This document shows, piece by piece, positions 38,495 through 48,950 of a stretch of DNA of 64,000 bases (within the stretch, counting starts at the first letter, position 1; each line of letters opens with the position of its first letter). The DNA is taken from positions 180 through 64,179 of the forward strand of contig CAXQZM010000070.1 in assembly GCA_964228455.1 (NCBI GenBank), given 5' to 3'. Both the position numbers and the translations under genes were made by a program. The notes under the pieces were generated by a model. The model saw only the letters and a list, made by a program, of their open reading frames with translations, did not search any database and was not told the DNA's origin. The stretch is from Alphaproteobacteria bacterium. Its GTDB lineage: Bacteria > Pseudomonadota > Alphaproteobacteria > UBA7985.

Positions 38495-39358
38495 CTAGCT
38501 TTGCGTTTCCCTCCATTGGTCCAACATGTGCCGAGCAATGGTATTGCGCCTAGGAAAACCATAAGCTGGATCATTTTTGAGCCGCAATAAATCTTTATGA
38601 CTAAACCAATCTGCAGTCTCAAGCTCATCTGCATCAATTTGGATTTCCCAACTTGTAGCCACACAAGTAAATCCGACCATCAGAGAGCCTGATAAAGCCC
38701 ACGGTTGGCTAGCTAAATAAGTAACTTCTGACACATTCAACCCGACCTCCTCAATTGTTTCTCTTCGGACTGTATCTTCCAATGCCTCCCCTGGCTCTAC
38801 GTATCCTGCTAAAAGGGAGTGCAAGCCAGGCGGCATAAGCTTACTGTTTGCCAAGACTACCTTTTTTTTATCAGGGCTTAAAACAAGCATAATCACCGCT
38901 GGGTCTATCCTTGGATAGATGTCTGTCTTTGCTATCTCAGAACGCCGAGAACGCCCAAAATCTTGAAGTTCAGTTGGTGTTCCAGTCTTCGCGCAAAACC
39001 TGTTTTTAGCATGCCACCTGAGCATGTGCTGACCCTGGCAGAGGAGTGCCAGATGATCCTTAGGCACGCTATTCGGCAGCAACCAAAGGTCCGTTGGATC
39101 TCCTGGAAGCTCAACCAAATGACTTAGATCTTGAGCAAAAATTGCAACACCATTCCAATTTCCCAGAAACACTTGCAGCCCATTCGGGTCTGGTTTTACC
39201 CAGACTAGCATTTCTTGGTCAATCAATACACGTCCTTTAAAGTAACCTAGATATAGAGTTTCATCTAATGGCTCTCCGCGCTCTAAAAAACCGGCTGATA
39301 GAGGCATTAAGGGTGTAATATTGTCCATCTTCAACCAATTAGTTTTGAGAGCCATCAA
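38495..39358 (-). CDS. nudC: NAD+ diphosphatase NudC-like Nudix hydrolase
   Basis: Nudix box GYVEPGEALEDTVRRETIEEVG with upstream ...NRFCAKTG... (NudC-like). The zinc-ribbon cysteines are mostly absent. Confidence 0.75.
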   Translation of the reverse strand: MMALKTNWLKMDNITPLMPLSAGFLERGEPLDETLYLGYFKGRVLIDQEMLVWVKPDPNGLQVFLGNWNGVAIFAQDLSHLVELPGDPTDLWLLPNSVPKDHLALLCQGQHMLRWHAKNRFCAKTGTPTELQDFGRSRRSEIAKTDIYPRIDPAVIMLVLSPDKKKVVLANSKLMPPGLHSLLAGYVEPGEALEDTVRRETIEEVGLNVSEVTYLASQPWALSGSLMVGFTCVATSWEIQIDADELETADWFSHKDLLRLKNDPAYGFPRRNTIARHMLDQWRETQS

Positions 39359-39484
39359 CGCAAGTCAATGCCCGAAAATACAAGGTACGGTCTCGTATAA
39401 TCGCCAATAAAATAGGCACTACCCATCCACTTCCGTATAAAAAATTTGAAACAGATTTAATTGCTAGATGCGGAAAATTACGGA

Positions 39485-39578
39485 AAGCTGGCGAACGACC
39501 CGCGCTCCATCCCCTATGGCTGCTCCGTTCCCGGCCTGACCAGGTTCAGGGCAAAGCTCGTCCGCCGCCAACTTTCCT
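39485..39578 (-). ncRNA. ffs: Signal recognition particle RNA (4.5S-type)
   Basis: The minus strand reads CCUGGUCAGGCCGGGAACGGAGCAGCC. This matches the E. coli 4.5S domain IV sequence CCAGGUCAGGUCCGGAAGGAAGCAGCC, including the GGAA tetraloop and the AGCAG asymmetric-loop residues. G-rich 5' and 3' arms (GGCGGCGGACGAGC / GCGCGGGUCGUUCGCC) can pair. A sigma-70-like promoter sits just upstream. The ends are approximate. Confidence 0.65.
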
Positions 39579-39583
39579 CGCTC

Positions 39584-39613
39584 CATTCTATTGGTTTTAG
39601 TTAGAATCTCAAG
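39584..39613 (-). promoter_or_regulatory. Sigma-70-type promoter for ffs
   Basis: Minus strand TTGAGA-N16-TAGAAT placed about 7 nt before the predicted SRP RNA 5' end. It overlaps the upstream alternative GTG start of dnaX. Confidence 0.4.
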
Positions 39614-39651
39614 GGGTGTCTTTCCCAAATCAATCGACTAAGTATTTCTTC

Positions 39652-41340
39652 ATGGAATTGAGCTTAACTGGTGGATCAGACCAAAACACAAGCTATCGAG
39701 TTTTAGCGCGAAAATACCGACCGCGTGATTTCTCAACATTATATGGACAGGAGCCATTGGTAAAGACGCTAACCAATGCAATATCGTCTGGACGGCTTGC
39801 CCATGCCTTCATGTTGACAGGCGTAAGGGGCGTAGGGAAAACAACAACAGCAAGAATATTAGCAAGAGCGCTTAATTGCTCTGCGCCAGATGTAACAAAA
39901 CCAACGCCGGTGCCTTGCGGCAAGTGTGAAAACTGCTTGGCAATCCTAAAAGACCATCACCCCGACGTTCTTGAAATGGATGCAGCAAGCCATACTGGTG
40001 TTGATGACATTCGAGAACTTCAAAAATCTGTAGCTTACCGACCTAGTTTGGGCAGATTTAAAATATTTATCATTGATGAAGTTCACATGCTGTCCACTAA
40101 TGCGTTCAACGCCTTATTGAAAACATTAGAAGAGCCACCTGAGCAAGTGATCTTTATCTTTGCTACCACGGAGATTAAAAAAGTTCCGGTAACAGTTTTA
40201 TCTCGCTGCCAGCGCTTTGACTTGCGACGCATCGATATTGACGTTCTAACAAAACTATTCAGTCACGTAATTGGTGAGGAGAATCTTGAGGCCGAAGCTG
40301 AAGCGCTATCGATAATCGCACGCGCTGCAGATGGCTCCGCGCGCGATGGCCTATCAATCTTGGACCAAGCCATATCTCTGTCAGGGTCGCCCTTAACCGC
40401 GAAGGCTGTACAGGAGATGCTAGGACTGGCAGATCGGGCTCAAATTCTTGACCTATGTGAGCTTATCATGAGTGGTGACGTTCCCAAAACCTTGTTGTTA
40501 TTTGATAAGCTCTACCAGTCAGGCGCCTCACCTTTAAGCATTTTGACTGATCTTGCTGACTTTGTACATTGGATGACCAGGCTAAAGGTTGGCTCAGGTG
40601 CCGATGATCCAGGTTTAAGTGAAACGGCACGAAACAAAGGTCAGGAAATGGCTGACGCGTTGTCAATTGCCAACCTCGCTAGAAGTTGGCAGATCCTAAG
40701 TAAATCAATAATCGACGTTAAAGCTGCAGACCATCCAAAAGAGGCAGCAGATATGGCGCTTATACGATTGGTATACGCCGGCACCCTCCCTACTCCTGAC
40801 CAAATTTCAAAAAAGCTCTTGGGGGCGCCCCTTAAACGCCAGCATGCCAGCGATAAAGCATCACAAAAATCACCAAGTGATCCGGATATAAAGAAACCTC
40901 CTTTTGATCCTCTTCCAGGCAGCTCTGGCGCTGATCCAAACGTCCGCGCAATTCATGAGCTTAATCCGGACAAACAAAGACGAATTGAGAGTCTAGAGGA
41001 TATAATTGAAGCTTTGCTAATAGAACGCGAGCCTCTTTTAGCAGCTGATCTTCGAGCTTACGCCAGAGTCATTTCCATAATAGATGGTAACCTGATTCTT
41101 TCCAGAAACAGCAGAATCACTCGAGAACATCTCAACAAACTCTCGGCTCATTTACTGAAGTGGACAGGTTTTACTTGGCTTGTAACTCTAGCGGATGGTG
41201 ATGGGGGCCCGACATTGGCGGAAGCCCAGCATGCAGCAACCAAATCAAAAAAAGATGCAGCCGAAAATCACCCACTAGTCCAAGCAGCTCTGGAAGCCTT
41301 TCCAGATGCAAAAATGAGTGAAGTAGTCGTTATAGATTGA
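39652..41340 (+). CDS. dnaX: DNA polymerase III subunits gamma/tau
   Basis: YRVLARKYRPRDF...GVRGVGKTTTARILA Walker A, zinc module CGKCENC, box FIIDEVHMLS. Start set at the ATG 39652. A GTG at 39616 is the alternative. Confidence 0.85.
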   Translation: MELSLTGGSDQNTSYRVLARKYRPRDFSTLYGQEPLVKTLTNAISSGRLAHAFMLTGVRGVGKTTTARILARALNCSAPDVTKPTPVPCGKCENCLAILKDHHPDVLEMDAASHTGVDDIRELQKSVAYRPSLGRFKIFIIDEVHMLSTNAFNALLKTLEEPPEQVIFIFATTEIKKVPVTVLSRCQRFDLRRIDIDVLTKLFSHVIGEENLEAEAEALSIIARAADGSARDGLSILDQAISLSGSPLTAKAVQEMLGLADRAQILDLCELIMSGDVPKTLLLFDKLYQSGASPLSILTDLADFVHWMTRLKVGSGADDPGLSETARNKGQEMADALSIANLARSWQILSKSIIDVKAADHPKEAADMALIRLVYAGTLPTPDQISKKLLGAPLKRQHASDKASQKSPSDPDIKKPPFDPLPGSSGADPNVRAIHELNPDKQRRIESLEDIIEALLIEREPLLAADLRAYARVISIIDGNLILSRNSRITREHLNKLSAHLLKWTGFTWLVTLADGDGGPTLAEAQHAATKSKKDAAENHPLVQAALEAFPDAKMSEVVVID

Positions 41341-41341
41341 A

Positions 41342-42367
41342 TCAACGCCCGTCACCCCATCGGTCGTGCAGCCAAAACCAGTCAGCAGGACGCTCACGGA
41401 TCCAACGTTCAAGCAAGCTGTTATAGCGACTGAGAACGGCCTCTAAATCCTTATCATCACCCGGCATGAACAAATTTGGGTGAATGGTTAGATGAAAGTG
41501 CCCGTCATTTGCTTTCCGACGTAAATCTAGAGGTAAAATATGCGCTCCAAGACGCGCGCCAAGCTTCAATGGGATAATTGTGCTGCGCGCTGGGCGCCCA
41601 AAAAATGGCGCGTAAGTATTGCTTGCCCTTTGATCCAAAGCAACAATCAAAGCATGGCCTGAAAGCATGTCTCGACGCACATAGCCAACCGACATCCGAG
41701 CGGAACGCGGATAGAACCGAGAACCATTTCGTGTTCGACGATGAAGTTGTCTCCGCTGAATTGAAGGAATAGCTAGTGGAGAATATAAAGCGCACAGGCT
41801 ATTCCGCGTAACCTTCTCACCTAAGTCGAGCATAATCTCCCAATTAGCTTGATGTGCATGAACCAATATAATTGGCCTACCTTCAGAAATAGCTAGATCT
41901 ACGTTTTCTTGCCCTTCAATTGTTACCCGATCGAGCAAACACTCACTAAAGCGGTGATCATCTAAAAGCTCAAACGCAGTCTTCCCAAATTGACGAGCAA
42001 CTTGTCTTCGAGTATTTCTTAAGTCCGAAATTGAAGCCGCAGGGAAAGCGAGTCTTAACCGCCCCTCGACCGAGCGTCGTATAATAGGAATAATTGTAAA
42101 CAATAGCTGCGCTAAAGCAGAAAATAAGCTATAGCCAGTGGAACGCGGAATTACCCTTGCAATCAATGCCAAAGTTGAAAAAGCTTGAGCGCCTATTTGG
42201 TCGCGTCTTGAACCCTTACCACGCGCTTTTTCAAGGTTTGATTCATGAATGAGGCCAGATGTGACCCGCTGCTCAAGCTCATTCGCAATGTCCGCATCTG
42301 TTAATCTACGCCTACCGTTATTCATTAAACTTCTCAATAAAAGTTTGCCGCCAATCTCTAGCATCAA
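41342..42367 (-). CDS. Lysophospholipid/lipid A acyltransferase (LpxL/HtrB family)
   Basis: Acyltransferase HX4D-like region ILVHAHQANWE and a C-terminal WFWLHDRW typical of LpxL/HtrB-family proteins. Confidence 0.7.
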   Translation of the reverse strand: MMLEIGGKLLLRSLMNNGRRRLTDADIANELEQRVTSGLIHESNLEKARGKGSRRDQIGAQAFSTLALIARVIPRSTGYSLFSALAQLLFTIIPIIRRSVEGRLRLAFPAASISDLRNTRRQVARQFGKTAFELLDDHRFSECLLDRVTIEGQENVDLAISEGRPIILVHAHQANWEIMLDLGEKVTRNSLCALYSPLAIPSIQRRQLHRRTRNGSRFYPRSARMSVGYVRRDMLSGHALIVALDQRASNTYAPFFGRPARSTIIPLKLGARLGAHILPLDLRRKANDGHFHLTIHPNLFMPGDDKDLEAVLSRYNSLLERWIRERPADWFWLHDRWGDGR

Positions 42368-43034
42368 TTAGCATCAGATGGTCCCTCAAATAGCTTACTT
42401 TGCCCGTTACTAACTTCAGCGCTTCAGCGGCCATTATCTGAGCCACCAAATTTGCTAGTTGGCCCAGGACACCTTGTGCAGCGCAAGTCACTCTCGCGGA
42501 CGGTGCCTCAGGAAATATAGATGTAAAGCCTGGGCTCCCCGCTGAAAATACCGTGACCTGCGCGTCCATGCCTATTACAGAACCAAAGATAAGAGTTGTG
42601 CGTGATTGACGCAGTTTATCGATTTGAACTCGTGTTTCGTAGGTGTCGGTGCAATCAAGCCAAAGAGTGGCGTTGCTTCCTTCAAAATAATTTAAGTTGG
42701 TCTGGATACGGGTTTTTTTATTTCGGGAGTTGCACAAATCTTTAAGCGCCAAAACTTTTGGTGTGCCTATTTGATCTTCCATGTATGGTTGCCGGTGTAG
42801 GTTTGATAATTCTACCACATCTGGATCATAAAGCTCCAACTGCCCGATTCCTGACTGGGCCAATGTCAGTGCTGCATTAGCTCCCAAACCACCACATCCG
42901 ATGATGGCAACTTTTGCTTGAGCAATATCCAACTGACCAGTTGCACCTATCTCTGGCATCACCAACTGCCGAGCGTAACGCTCAATCTCTTCATCGCTGA
43001 ATTGGTCAATAATATCAGACACCTGTTGATCCAA
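42318..43034 (-). CDS. ThiF/MoeB-family adenylyltransferase (E1-like)
   Basis: [14 protein letters not shown]...[23 protein letters not shown]...[13 protein letters not shown] are the ThiF/MoeB signature. No rhodanese domain or CxxC pair is evident. Confidence 0.75.
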   Translation of the reverse strand: MDQQVSDIIDQFSDEEIERYARQLVMPEIGATGQLDIAQAKVAIIGCGGLGANAALTLAQSGIGQLELYDPDVVELSNLHRQPYMEDQIGTPKVLALKDLCNSRNKKTRIQTNLNYFEGSNATLWLDCTDTYETRVQIDKLRQSRTTLIFGSVIGMDAQVTVFSAGSPGFTSIFPEAPSARVTCAAQGVLGQLANLVAQIMAAEALKLVTGKVSYLRDHLMLIDARDWRQTFIEKFNE

Positions 43035-43452
43035 AACCGCCTACATTTCGACCTGTATTGCCCAACTCATCAACCACAGAAAACTCGACACGCGTAACCT
43101 CGCTGATAACGAGCTGAGCTATGCGAGCGCCTCTTTCAAACGATACGATTTCCTGGCCTAAATTAATCAGCGGAACTTTAATTTCACCTCTATAATCTGC
43201 ATCAATGGTACCTGGCGCGTTTATGACAGTTAAACCATGTTTGATCGCCAATCCGGACCGTGGACGTATTTGGCCCTCAAACCCCTCTGGGATCGCTATC
43301 GCAAATCCAGTTGAAACTAGCTTTCTATCTCCGGGCGCCAATTCAATATCTTCTGCAGAGCAAATATCTAACCCAGCACTCCCTGCCGTAGCATAAGTAG
43401 GAATATCCAGCCCAACTCCATTCGTCAGCCAACTGATTAAAATTTTGCTCAT
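43015..43452 (-). CDS. dut: dUTP diphosphatase
   Basis: dUTPase motifs [15 protein letters not shown] and [10 protein letters not shown]. 145 aa. dfp-dut linkage. Confidence 0.9.
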   Translation of the reverse strand: MSKILISWLTNGVGLDIPTYATAGSAGLDICSAEDIELAPGDRKLVSTGFAIAIPEGFEGQIRPRSGLAIKHGLTVINAPGTIDADYRGEIKVPLINLGQEIVSFERGARIAQLVISEVTRVEFSVVDELGNTGRNVGGFGSTGV

Positions 43453-44615
43453 GATAGTTTCTTTATTATTTTTTCTACCAATTTAGATGCGACTTCTTCC
43501 TTTGATTGGATAGGCCATTGCTCAGGCTCCTCATCACCTAAAAACAATATTTGATTATCTCCTCCTCCAAATATTTGCGGCATCGCACCTACATCATTAG
43601 CCAAAAGCCAATTACATCCCTTGCGCACTCGTTTTTTCCAGGCATTTTCTGCTAAATTTTCAGTCTCTGCTGCGAAACCTATAGTTAAGGTTTTATCTGC
43701 TACCTCAGAGCAAAGGGTGGCTAATATGTCGGCTGTCGGCTTTAGGGTTAAGGCAAGATCGTGCCCTAATTTCTTTATCTTATTTGTTGCGAACTCGGTG
43801 GGAGTATAATCAGCCACAGCCGCTGCACATACCAATATATCAGCAGGTAATGCAGATTGTGCCGCCTTCAGCATAGAGGCGCCGCTTAACACGTCGACTT
43901 GATAGGTGCCGCGAGGGGGCATCAAATTCGTAGGCCCGGAAATTAGCGTTACTTCCGCACCTGCGCGAGAAAGAGCATCCGCAATTTCCCACCCTTGCTT
44001 CCCGCTAGAGTGATTTGACAAATAACGGACTGGATCAATCGCTTCGATTGTAGGTCCAGTAGTTACAATAGCGCTTTTACCACGTAATGGGAGATCACCT
44101 AACACCGCTTGCACCAGCTCGGAAATATCCGGCATTCGTCCTGGTCCGAACTCCCCACACGCCATTTCTCCGTGATCAGGCTCAATAAATGTATGTCCAT
44201 CATCATGAAGCCTTTTTATATTTCTTTGGGTCGCAGCATTTTGCCACATTCGATGGTTCATGGCCGGGGAAAAAATGGCAAATTTATCTGAAGCTAGCAG
44301 CACTGAGCTAGCCAGATCATCTGCTCGCCCATGGGCAATTTTAGCAAGAAAATCTGCACTGGCCGGCGCAACCAAAATACGATCAGCTTCCCGACTAAGC
44401 TTTATATGCCCCATCTCTCTTTCGTCTTTTAAATTCCATAAATCTTCGTAGACTGGATTCTCGCTAACTGCAGCCAGAGCTAGGGGGGTGACAAAATTTT
44501 TAGCTGCTTTTGTAAGCAAACACGTTACGTGCACGCCCTTTTCGCGAAGTCGACGAACCAGGTCGGGTGTTTTATAGGCGGCGATTCCACCTGTGACGAT
44601 AAGCAGCAAATGCAT
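43449..44615 (-). CDS. coaBC: Bifunctional phosphopantothenoylcysteine decarboxylase / phosphopantothenate-cysteine ligase
   Basis: N-terminal flavoprotein fold [12 protein letters not shown] plus a C-terminal CoaB domain. 388 aa. Confidence 0.9.
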   Translation of the reverse strand: MHLLLIVTGGIAAYKTPDLVRRLREKGVHVTCLLTKAAKNFVTPLALAAVSENPVYEDLWNLKDEREMGHIKLSREADRILVAPASADFLAKIAHGRADDLASSVLLASDKFAIFSPAMNHRMWQNAATQRNIKRLHDDGHTFIEPDHGEMACGEFGPGRMPDISELVQAVLGDLPLRGKSAIVTTGPTIEAIDPVRYLSNHSSGKQGWEIADALSRAGAEVTLISGPTNLMPPRGTYQVDVLSGASMLKAAQSALPADILVCAAAVADYTPTEFATNKIKKLGHDLALTLKPTADILATLCSEVADKTLTIGFAAETENLAENAWKKRVRKGCNWLLANDVGAMPQIFGGGDNQILFLGDEEPEQWPIQSKEEVASKLVEKIIKKLS

Positions 44616-45022
44616 TCCAGCTCCTTAACATTGCTACATGCGCATGACGATACCATCTATATAGAATGCGCTACCCTGGGCAGGGTCTATCACCCACAAG
44701 CAACACTCAGGCAATTTGATTATGGAAACAGTTATGTTCAACAGGAAACACCGTGGCAATTATAACCTTTCATGGCCCATGCCGAGTAACTGCGGCGGCT
44801 TAATAAGGACGATGCTTGAAATAACGGGTGAGCAAGAGCGTACCCACTTGAAGTGGGATACTTGTGATATGCTTCGTCAAAAAGCTGCTCCAAAACTCTT
44901 ATCTAAGCGGCGCACTAGAAGATCTTGAGCGACCCGCAATAGCTGAAGTTAGTTTAAATGCTAAGGTATACCATATAGTAAGAATTGCGCTACCAAAGCA
45001 CTTAATGTTCCTCACCAACACG

Positions 45023-46855
45023 CTAAGAATCCATTTTCAAAGCTGCGATAAAAGCACTTTGGGGTATATCTACGTTTCCTATAGACCGCATCCGCTTTTT
45101 ACCTTCTTTTTGCTTCTCTAGAAGCTTCTTCTTTCGCGTCGCGTCTCCGCCATAACATTTGGCTGTTACATCTTTGCGCAGCGCGGAAACGGTTTCCCTT
45201 GCTATCACTTTGCCACCAATCGCAGCTTGGATTGCTATTTTGAATAATTGACGAGGGATCAATTCTTTCAATTTTTCACAAAGTTGGCGACCTCTACTTT
45301 CAGCCTTTGTTCGATGAACCATCAGAGCAAGAGCGTCGATTGGATCCTGATTTACTAGAATATTTACCTTTACAAGATCACCTTCCTTGTTTCCGATTGG
45401 CTCATAGTTAAATGAGGCATAGCCCCTACTTACGGACTTAAGACGATCATAGAAATCGAAAACAACCTCGTTAAGCGGCAACTCATATTCCAGCATAGCT
45501 CGTGAACCTGCGTAAGTAAGCTGCTTTTGAATCCCGCGCCTATCCTCACATAGTTTTAGAATGGGACCCAAATAATCATCAGGGACCAAAATAGTGGCCT
45601 TAATCCAAGGCTCCTCGATGAAATCAACCTTCTGGACCTCTGGCATGTCCACTGGATTATGCATCAATTGCTGAGTACCATCGGTTAAATGAAGATTGTA
45701 AACTACTGATGGCGCCGTCGTAACAAGATCTAGGTTGAACTCTCTACTCAACCGCTCTTGAATAATTTCAAGATGGAGCAGCCCTAAAAAACCACAGCGG
45801 AAGCCAAAACCTAGTGCAGCAGAGCTTTCTGTTTCAAAATGAAACGACGCATCGTTAAGAGCCAATCTTTCAAGGCTATTCCTAAGCTCATCGAACTGAG
45901 CAGCATCAGAAGGATAAAGACCACAGAAAACAACTGGCACTGACGGCTTGAACCCGGCGAGAGGCTCGTGTGCAGGTTTCCGTTCATCAGTAATTGTATC
46001 CCCAATTTGACAGTCTGAAACATTTTTTATGCCAGCCGTGATGTAACCTAGCTCTCCAGTCTTAAGAATTTTTCCCTCAACTCTTTCGGGGCGAAACACG
46101 CCTATGCGGTCAATATCGTAGGATGCCTTAGAGTCCATTAGACGGATCTTCTGACCTTTTCTTAATGTCCCCTCCATAACCCTCACGAGAATAATAACAC
46201 CAAGATAGGCATCATACCAAGCATCCACTAGCAATGCTTGAGTTCTTGCTTCGGGGTCACCGCCAGGAGCCGGCACAAGGTCAATAATTTGCTGTAGTAC
46301 TTCCGGGACACCTGCTCCTGTTTTACCAGAAACAGCTAGAGAATCAGATGTATCCAGTCCTATAACCTCTTCAATCTGTTCCTTAACTTGCTCTGGTTCC
46401 GCAGCCGGCAAATCAATTTTGTTGAGTACAGGTATTATTTCATGATTATTATCGAGAGCTAAATATACGTTGGCTAATGTTTGTGCCTCCACACCTTGCG
46501 AAGCGTCAACAAGTAGTATTGAGCCCTCACAAGCGGATAAAGAACGAGAGACTTCATACGCAAAATCAACATGTCCAGGCGTATCAATCAGGTTCAGCGC
46601 ATACAAATCGCCATCATCTCCAGTATATTCAATGCGAACAGAGTTTGATTTAATTGTAATACCTCGCTCACGTTCTAGCTCCATCGAGTCAAGAACTTGG
46701 TCCTTCATTTCTCGCTCAGACAAAGTTCCAGTAAGCTGTATCATCCGGTCAGCTAACGTAGATTTCCCGTGATCAATATGAGCTATAATCGCGAAGTTCC
46801 GAACACGCTCCTGAGGAACGTCAGTGATAGTAGAAGAGTTGGAGAGGTTAGACAT
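45023..46855 (-). CDS. lepA: Elongation factor 4
   Basis: G domain [26 protein letters not shown] and NKID, plus a LepA-specific C-terminus. Start set at the ATG giving MSNLSNS. The ORF in the track extends to 46891. Confidence 0.9.
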   Translation of the reverse strand: MSNLSNSSTITDVPQERVRNFAIIAHIDHGKSTLADRMIQLTGTLSEREMKDQVLDSMELERERGITIKSNSVRIEYTGDDGDLYALNLIDTPGHVDFAYEVSRSLSACEGSILLVDASQGVEAQTLANVYLALDNNHEIIPVLNKIDLPAAEPEQVKEQIEEVIGLDTSDSLAVSGKTGAGVPEVLQQIIDLVPAPGGDPEARTQALLVDAWYDAYLGVIILVRVMEGTLRKGQKIRLMDSKASYDIDRIGVFRPERVEGKILKTGELGYITAGIKNVSDCQIGDTITDERKPAHEPLAGFKPSVPVVFCGLYPSDAAQFDELRNSLERLALNDASFHFETESSAALGFGFRCGFLGLLHLEIIQERLSREFNLDLVTTAPSVVYNLHLTDGTQQLMHNPVDMPEVQKVDFIEEPWIKATILVPDDYLGPILKLCEDRRGIQKQLTYAGSRAMLEYELPLNEVVFDFYDRLKSVSRGYASFNYEPIGNKEGDLVKVNILVNQDPIDALALMVHRTKAESRGRQLCEKLKELIPRQLFKIAIQAAIGGKVIARETVSALRKDVTAKCYGGDATRKKKLLEKQKEGKKRMRSIGNVDIPQSAFIAALKMDS

Positions 46856-47011
46856 TGCCGCGGCTTTAAGCGGCAGCGCTAATTTGAGCAAGAGAGTGGT
46901 TGTCGCGGCTAGCCATAATATTTGAGATCTGACTTAAATTGCTTTCTGTAATACAAAGAATTTATGTGGGGTTTGACTTGTTTAAAGCAAAAAACATGCC
47001 ATCTATAAAGT

Positions 47012-48304
47012 ATGGTGCTTACTCCCTCCTTAGGTCTTAAGCAGCGTCAACGTCTTGGTTTGACACAAGAAATAAAGTCGTCTCTTCAATACCTGGCACT
47101 GGCGGGGCTTCGATTAGAACAAGCCCTTACAGATGTTTTAGATTCTAACCCATTTCTGTCAGTTCGAAGCACGCACCCAATTCATAGCGAAGCTGATTGG
47201 TTGACAAATTTAGCTTCACCTGGACCTGAGTCTATCGCAACGGCTCTTCGCCTGTTGGCTACCGACTTATTTTGGACGCCAGAAGACAAATTTCTAAGCG
47301 ATATGCTCATTGATGAGGTCGGCGATAATGGCTTACTAGAGTTGCCCCTTGCTGACATTGCTGAAGATAATCGTATTGAGCTAGACCGGCTCAGACCGAT
47401 TCAGGACAAGTTTCTGGCTGAAGGCGGTTTGCTTGCTGACAATTTAGGCCATAGCCTAAGCGCACAAGCCGTTGCAAAGGTTCAAGTTGGTGACTGGCCA
47501 AACGAAGTTTTGGCTGAGGTACTAGAGGCATGTGACCTTTTAGACTTGATAGCATGCGGTGAGTTCACGCCAAATGCAAAAATTCTCGACCTAGTGCGAA
47601 CCCTTAACCCCCGGCCGGCCGATAATTTAGACTTAGAAGCTGCCGTAATTATACCGCCAGATCTCATTGTTGAAGAGTATGAAAATAACTGGCGCATAAG
47701 CCTAAATCCGCTGACGAATAGAGCCTACGAATTAGATGTTGATGCGCTAGGTGGTTTGAGTCCCAATGAGCAAAAGCAACCAAATATCGCTGAACCAATA
47801 AAAACTGCAAAAAGTACCGTAAGAGCACTGAAGGCACGTAAGCAAACTTTGGTTAATCTTGGTTATTTTCTGTGTAAAAAACAAGATGCTGCGCTTCGCC
47901 ACGGAAGAGCGCAACTGTCACCACTTACTCAAATGGACGCTGCAGAAGCGTTAGATTGTCATTCCTCCACTATATCGCGGGCTGTCGCAGGAAAAACGAT
48001 TCAAACCCCACAAGGGGTTTGGCCTTTAAGAGATTTTTTTTCTGCACTAATTGATCCCAACTCACTCTTATCAGGAGCCCAGCTGCGAGCGTGGCTTACA
48101 GAGACCATCTTTGAAGAAAATCGAACTGCTCCAATGTCGGATGCTGAGTTAGCAATTAAATTATCTGAACTTGGGCATGAGGTTGCTCGACGTACAATCA
48201 CAAAATACCGTCTTCATATAGGCTTGCCGGGTGCAGCGGCTCGGCGACGCCTATACTCTAGACGGTCACCAAATTTTAAAACATATAAGAAAGGGAAACT
48301 ATGA
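47012..48304 (+). CDS. rpoN: RNA polymerase sigma-54 factor
   Basis: N-terminal Gln/Leu-rich activator-interacting region (LKQRQRLGLTQEIKSSLQYLAL) and the C-terminal RpoN box ARRTITKYR. Followed by hpf. 430 aa, which is short for sigma-54. Confidence 0.85.
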   Translation: MVLTPSLGLKQRQRLGLTQEIKSSLQYLALAGLRLEQALTDVLDSNPFLSVRSTHPIHSEADWLTNLASPGPESIATALRLLATDLFWTPEDKFLSDMLIDEVGDNGLLELPLADIAEDNRIELDRLRPIQDKFLAEGGLLADNLGHSLSAQAVAKVQVGDWPNEVLAEVLEACDLLDLIACGEFTPNAKILDLVRTLNPRPADNLDLEAAVIIPPDLIVEEYENNWRISLNPLTNRAYELDVDALGGLSPNEQKQPNIAEPIKTAKSTVRALKARKQTLVNLGYFLCKKQDAALRHGRAQLSPLTQMDAAEALDCHSSTISRAVAGKTIQTPQGVWPLRDFFSALIDPNSLLSGAQLRAWLTETIFEENRTAPMSDAELAIKLSELGHEVARRTITKYRLHIGLPGAAARRRLYSRRSPNFKTYKKGKL

Positions 48305-48867
48305 AACTCACAATTGAAGGCCACCAAGTCCAAATGTCTCCCGTTCTCAATGAGAGAGTTGAAGCCTCTTTAGATGGTATTTTTGAAAAATATTTTGGGG
48401 ACGCTGTCTCAGCACAAGTCTTGTTCAGGCGCTCAGGGCATGGCTTCTCAGCACACCTGGAGACACATGTTGGAAAGCACATACATCTTGCCTCAGAGGG
48501 AAAAGCTGGTGATGCTTATAGCGCATTTGATTTAGCGGCTACTCGATTAGCGAAGCGACTCAGGCGGCACAAACGTAAATTACGAGATCATCATGCTGAT
48601 TTGGATGGTAGAAAAGTCCTCGAGGCTCGCGGTTTCGTTCTGGAGGCTGCGCCAGAAGAAGAACCAGAGGAAACCACGCCAGATGCGCCAACAGTTATTG
48701 CAGAAACCCCAACCCTAATTCCCACACTAAGTGTAGCGGAAGCTGTGATGCATCTTGATTTAAGTGATCAGCCAGCGCTCATGTTTCATAATGTTAACCA
48801 TGGTGGTTTGAATATGGTTTATGAAAGAACAGATGGCCACATATCCTGGGTAGATCCTCAAGAATAA
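48301..48867 (+). CDS. hpf: Ribosome hibernation promoting factor (long form)
   Basis: MKLTIEGHQVQMSPVLNERVEASL...FKRLRRHKRK matches the YfiA/HPF fold. Sits directly after rpoN. Confidence 0.85.
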   Translation: MKLTIEGHQVQMSPVLNERVEASLDGIFEKYFGDAVSAQVLFRRSGHGFSAHLETHVGKHIHLASEGKAGDAYSAFDLAATRLAKRLRRHKRKLRDHHADLDGRKVLEARGFVLEAAPEEEPEETTPDAPTVIAETPTLIPTLSVAEAVMHLDLSDQPALMFHNVNHGGLNMVYERTDGHISWVDPQE

Positions 48868-48950
48868 GTCAGTGCAGCAGTAGACTTGCCATAAAGTAGC
48901 CTCAGAGTTAGGGCTTAAACAGAATGAACATAGAGGGGAGCAGCACGCTC

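Noticed and set aside
39616-39651. Upstream GTG start for dnaX
   Set aside because: The GTG sits 1 nt from the only purine-rich stretch and inside the -35 region of the predicted ffs promoter. The ATG at 39652 was preferred, though neither start has a strong Shine-Dalgarno.
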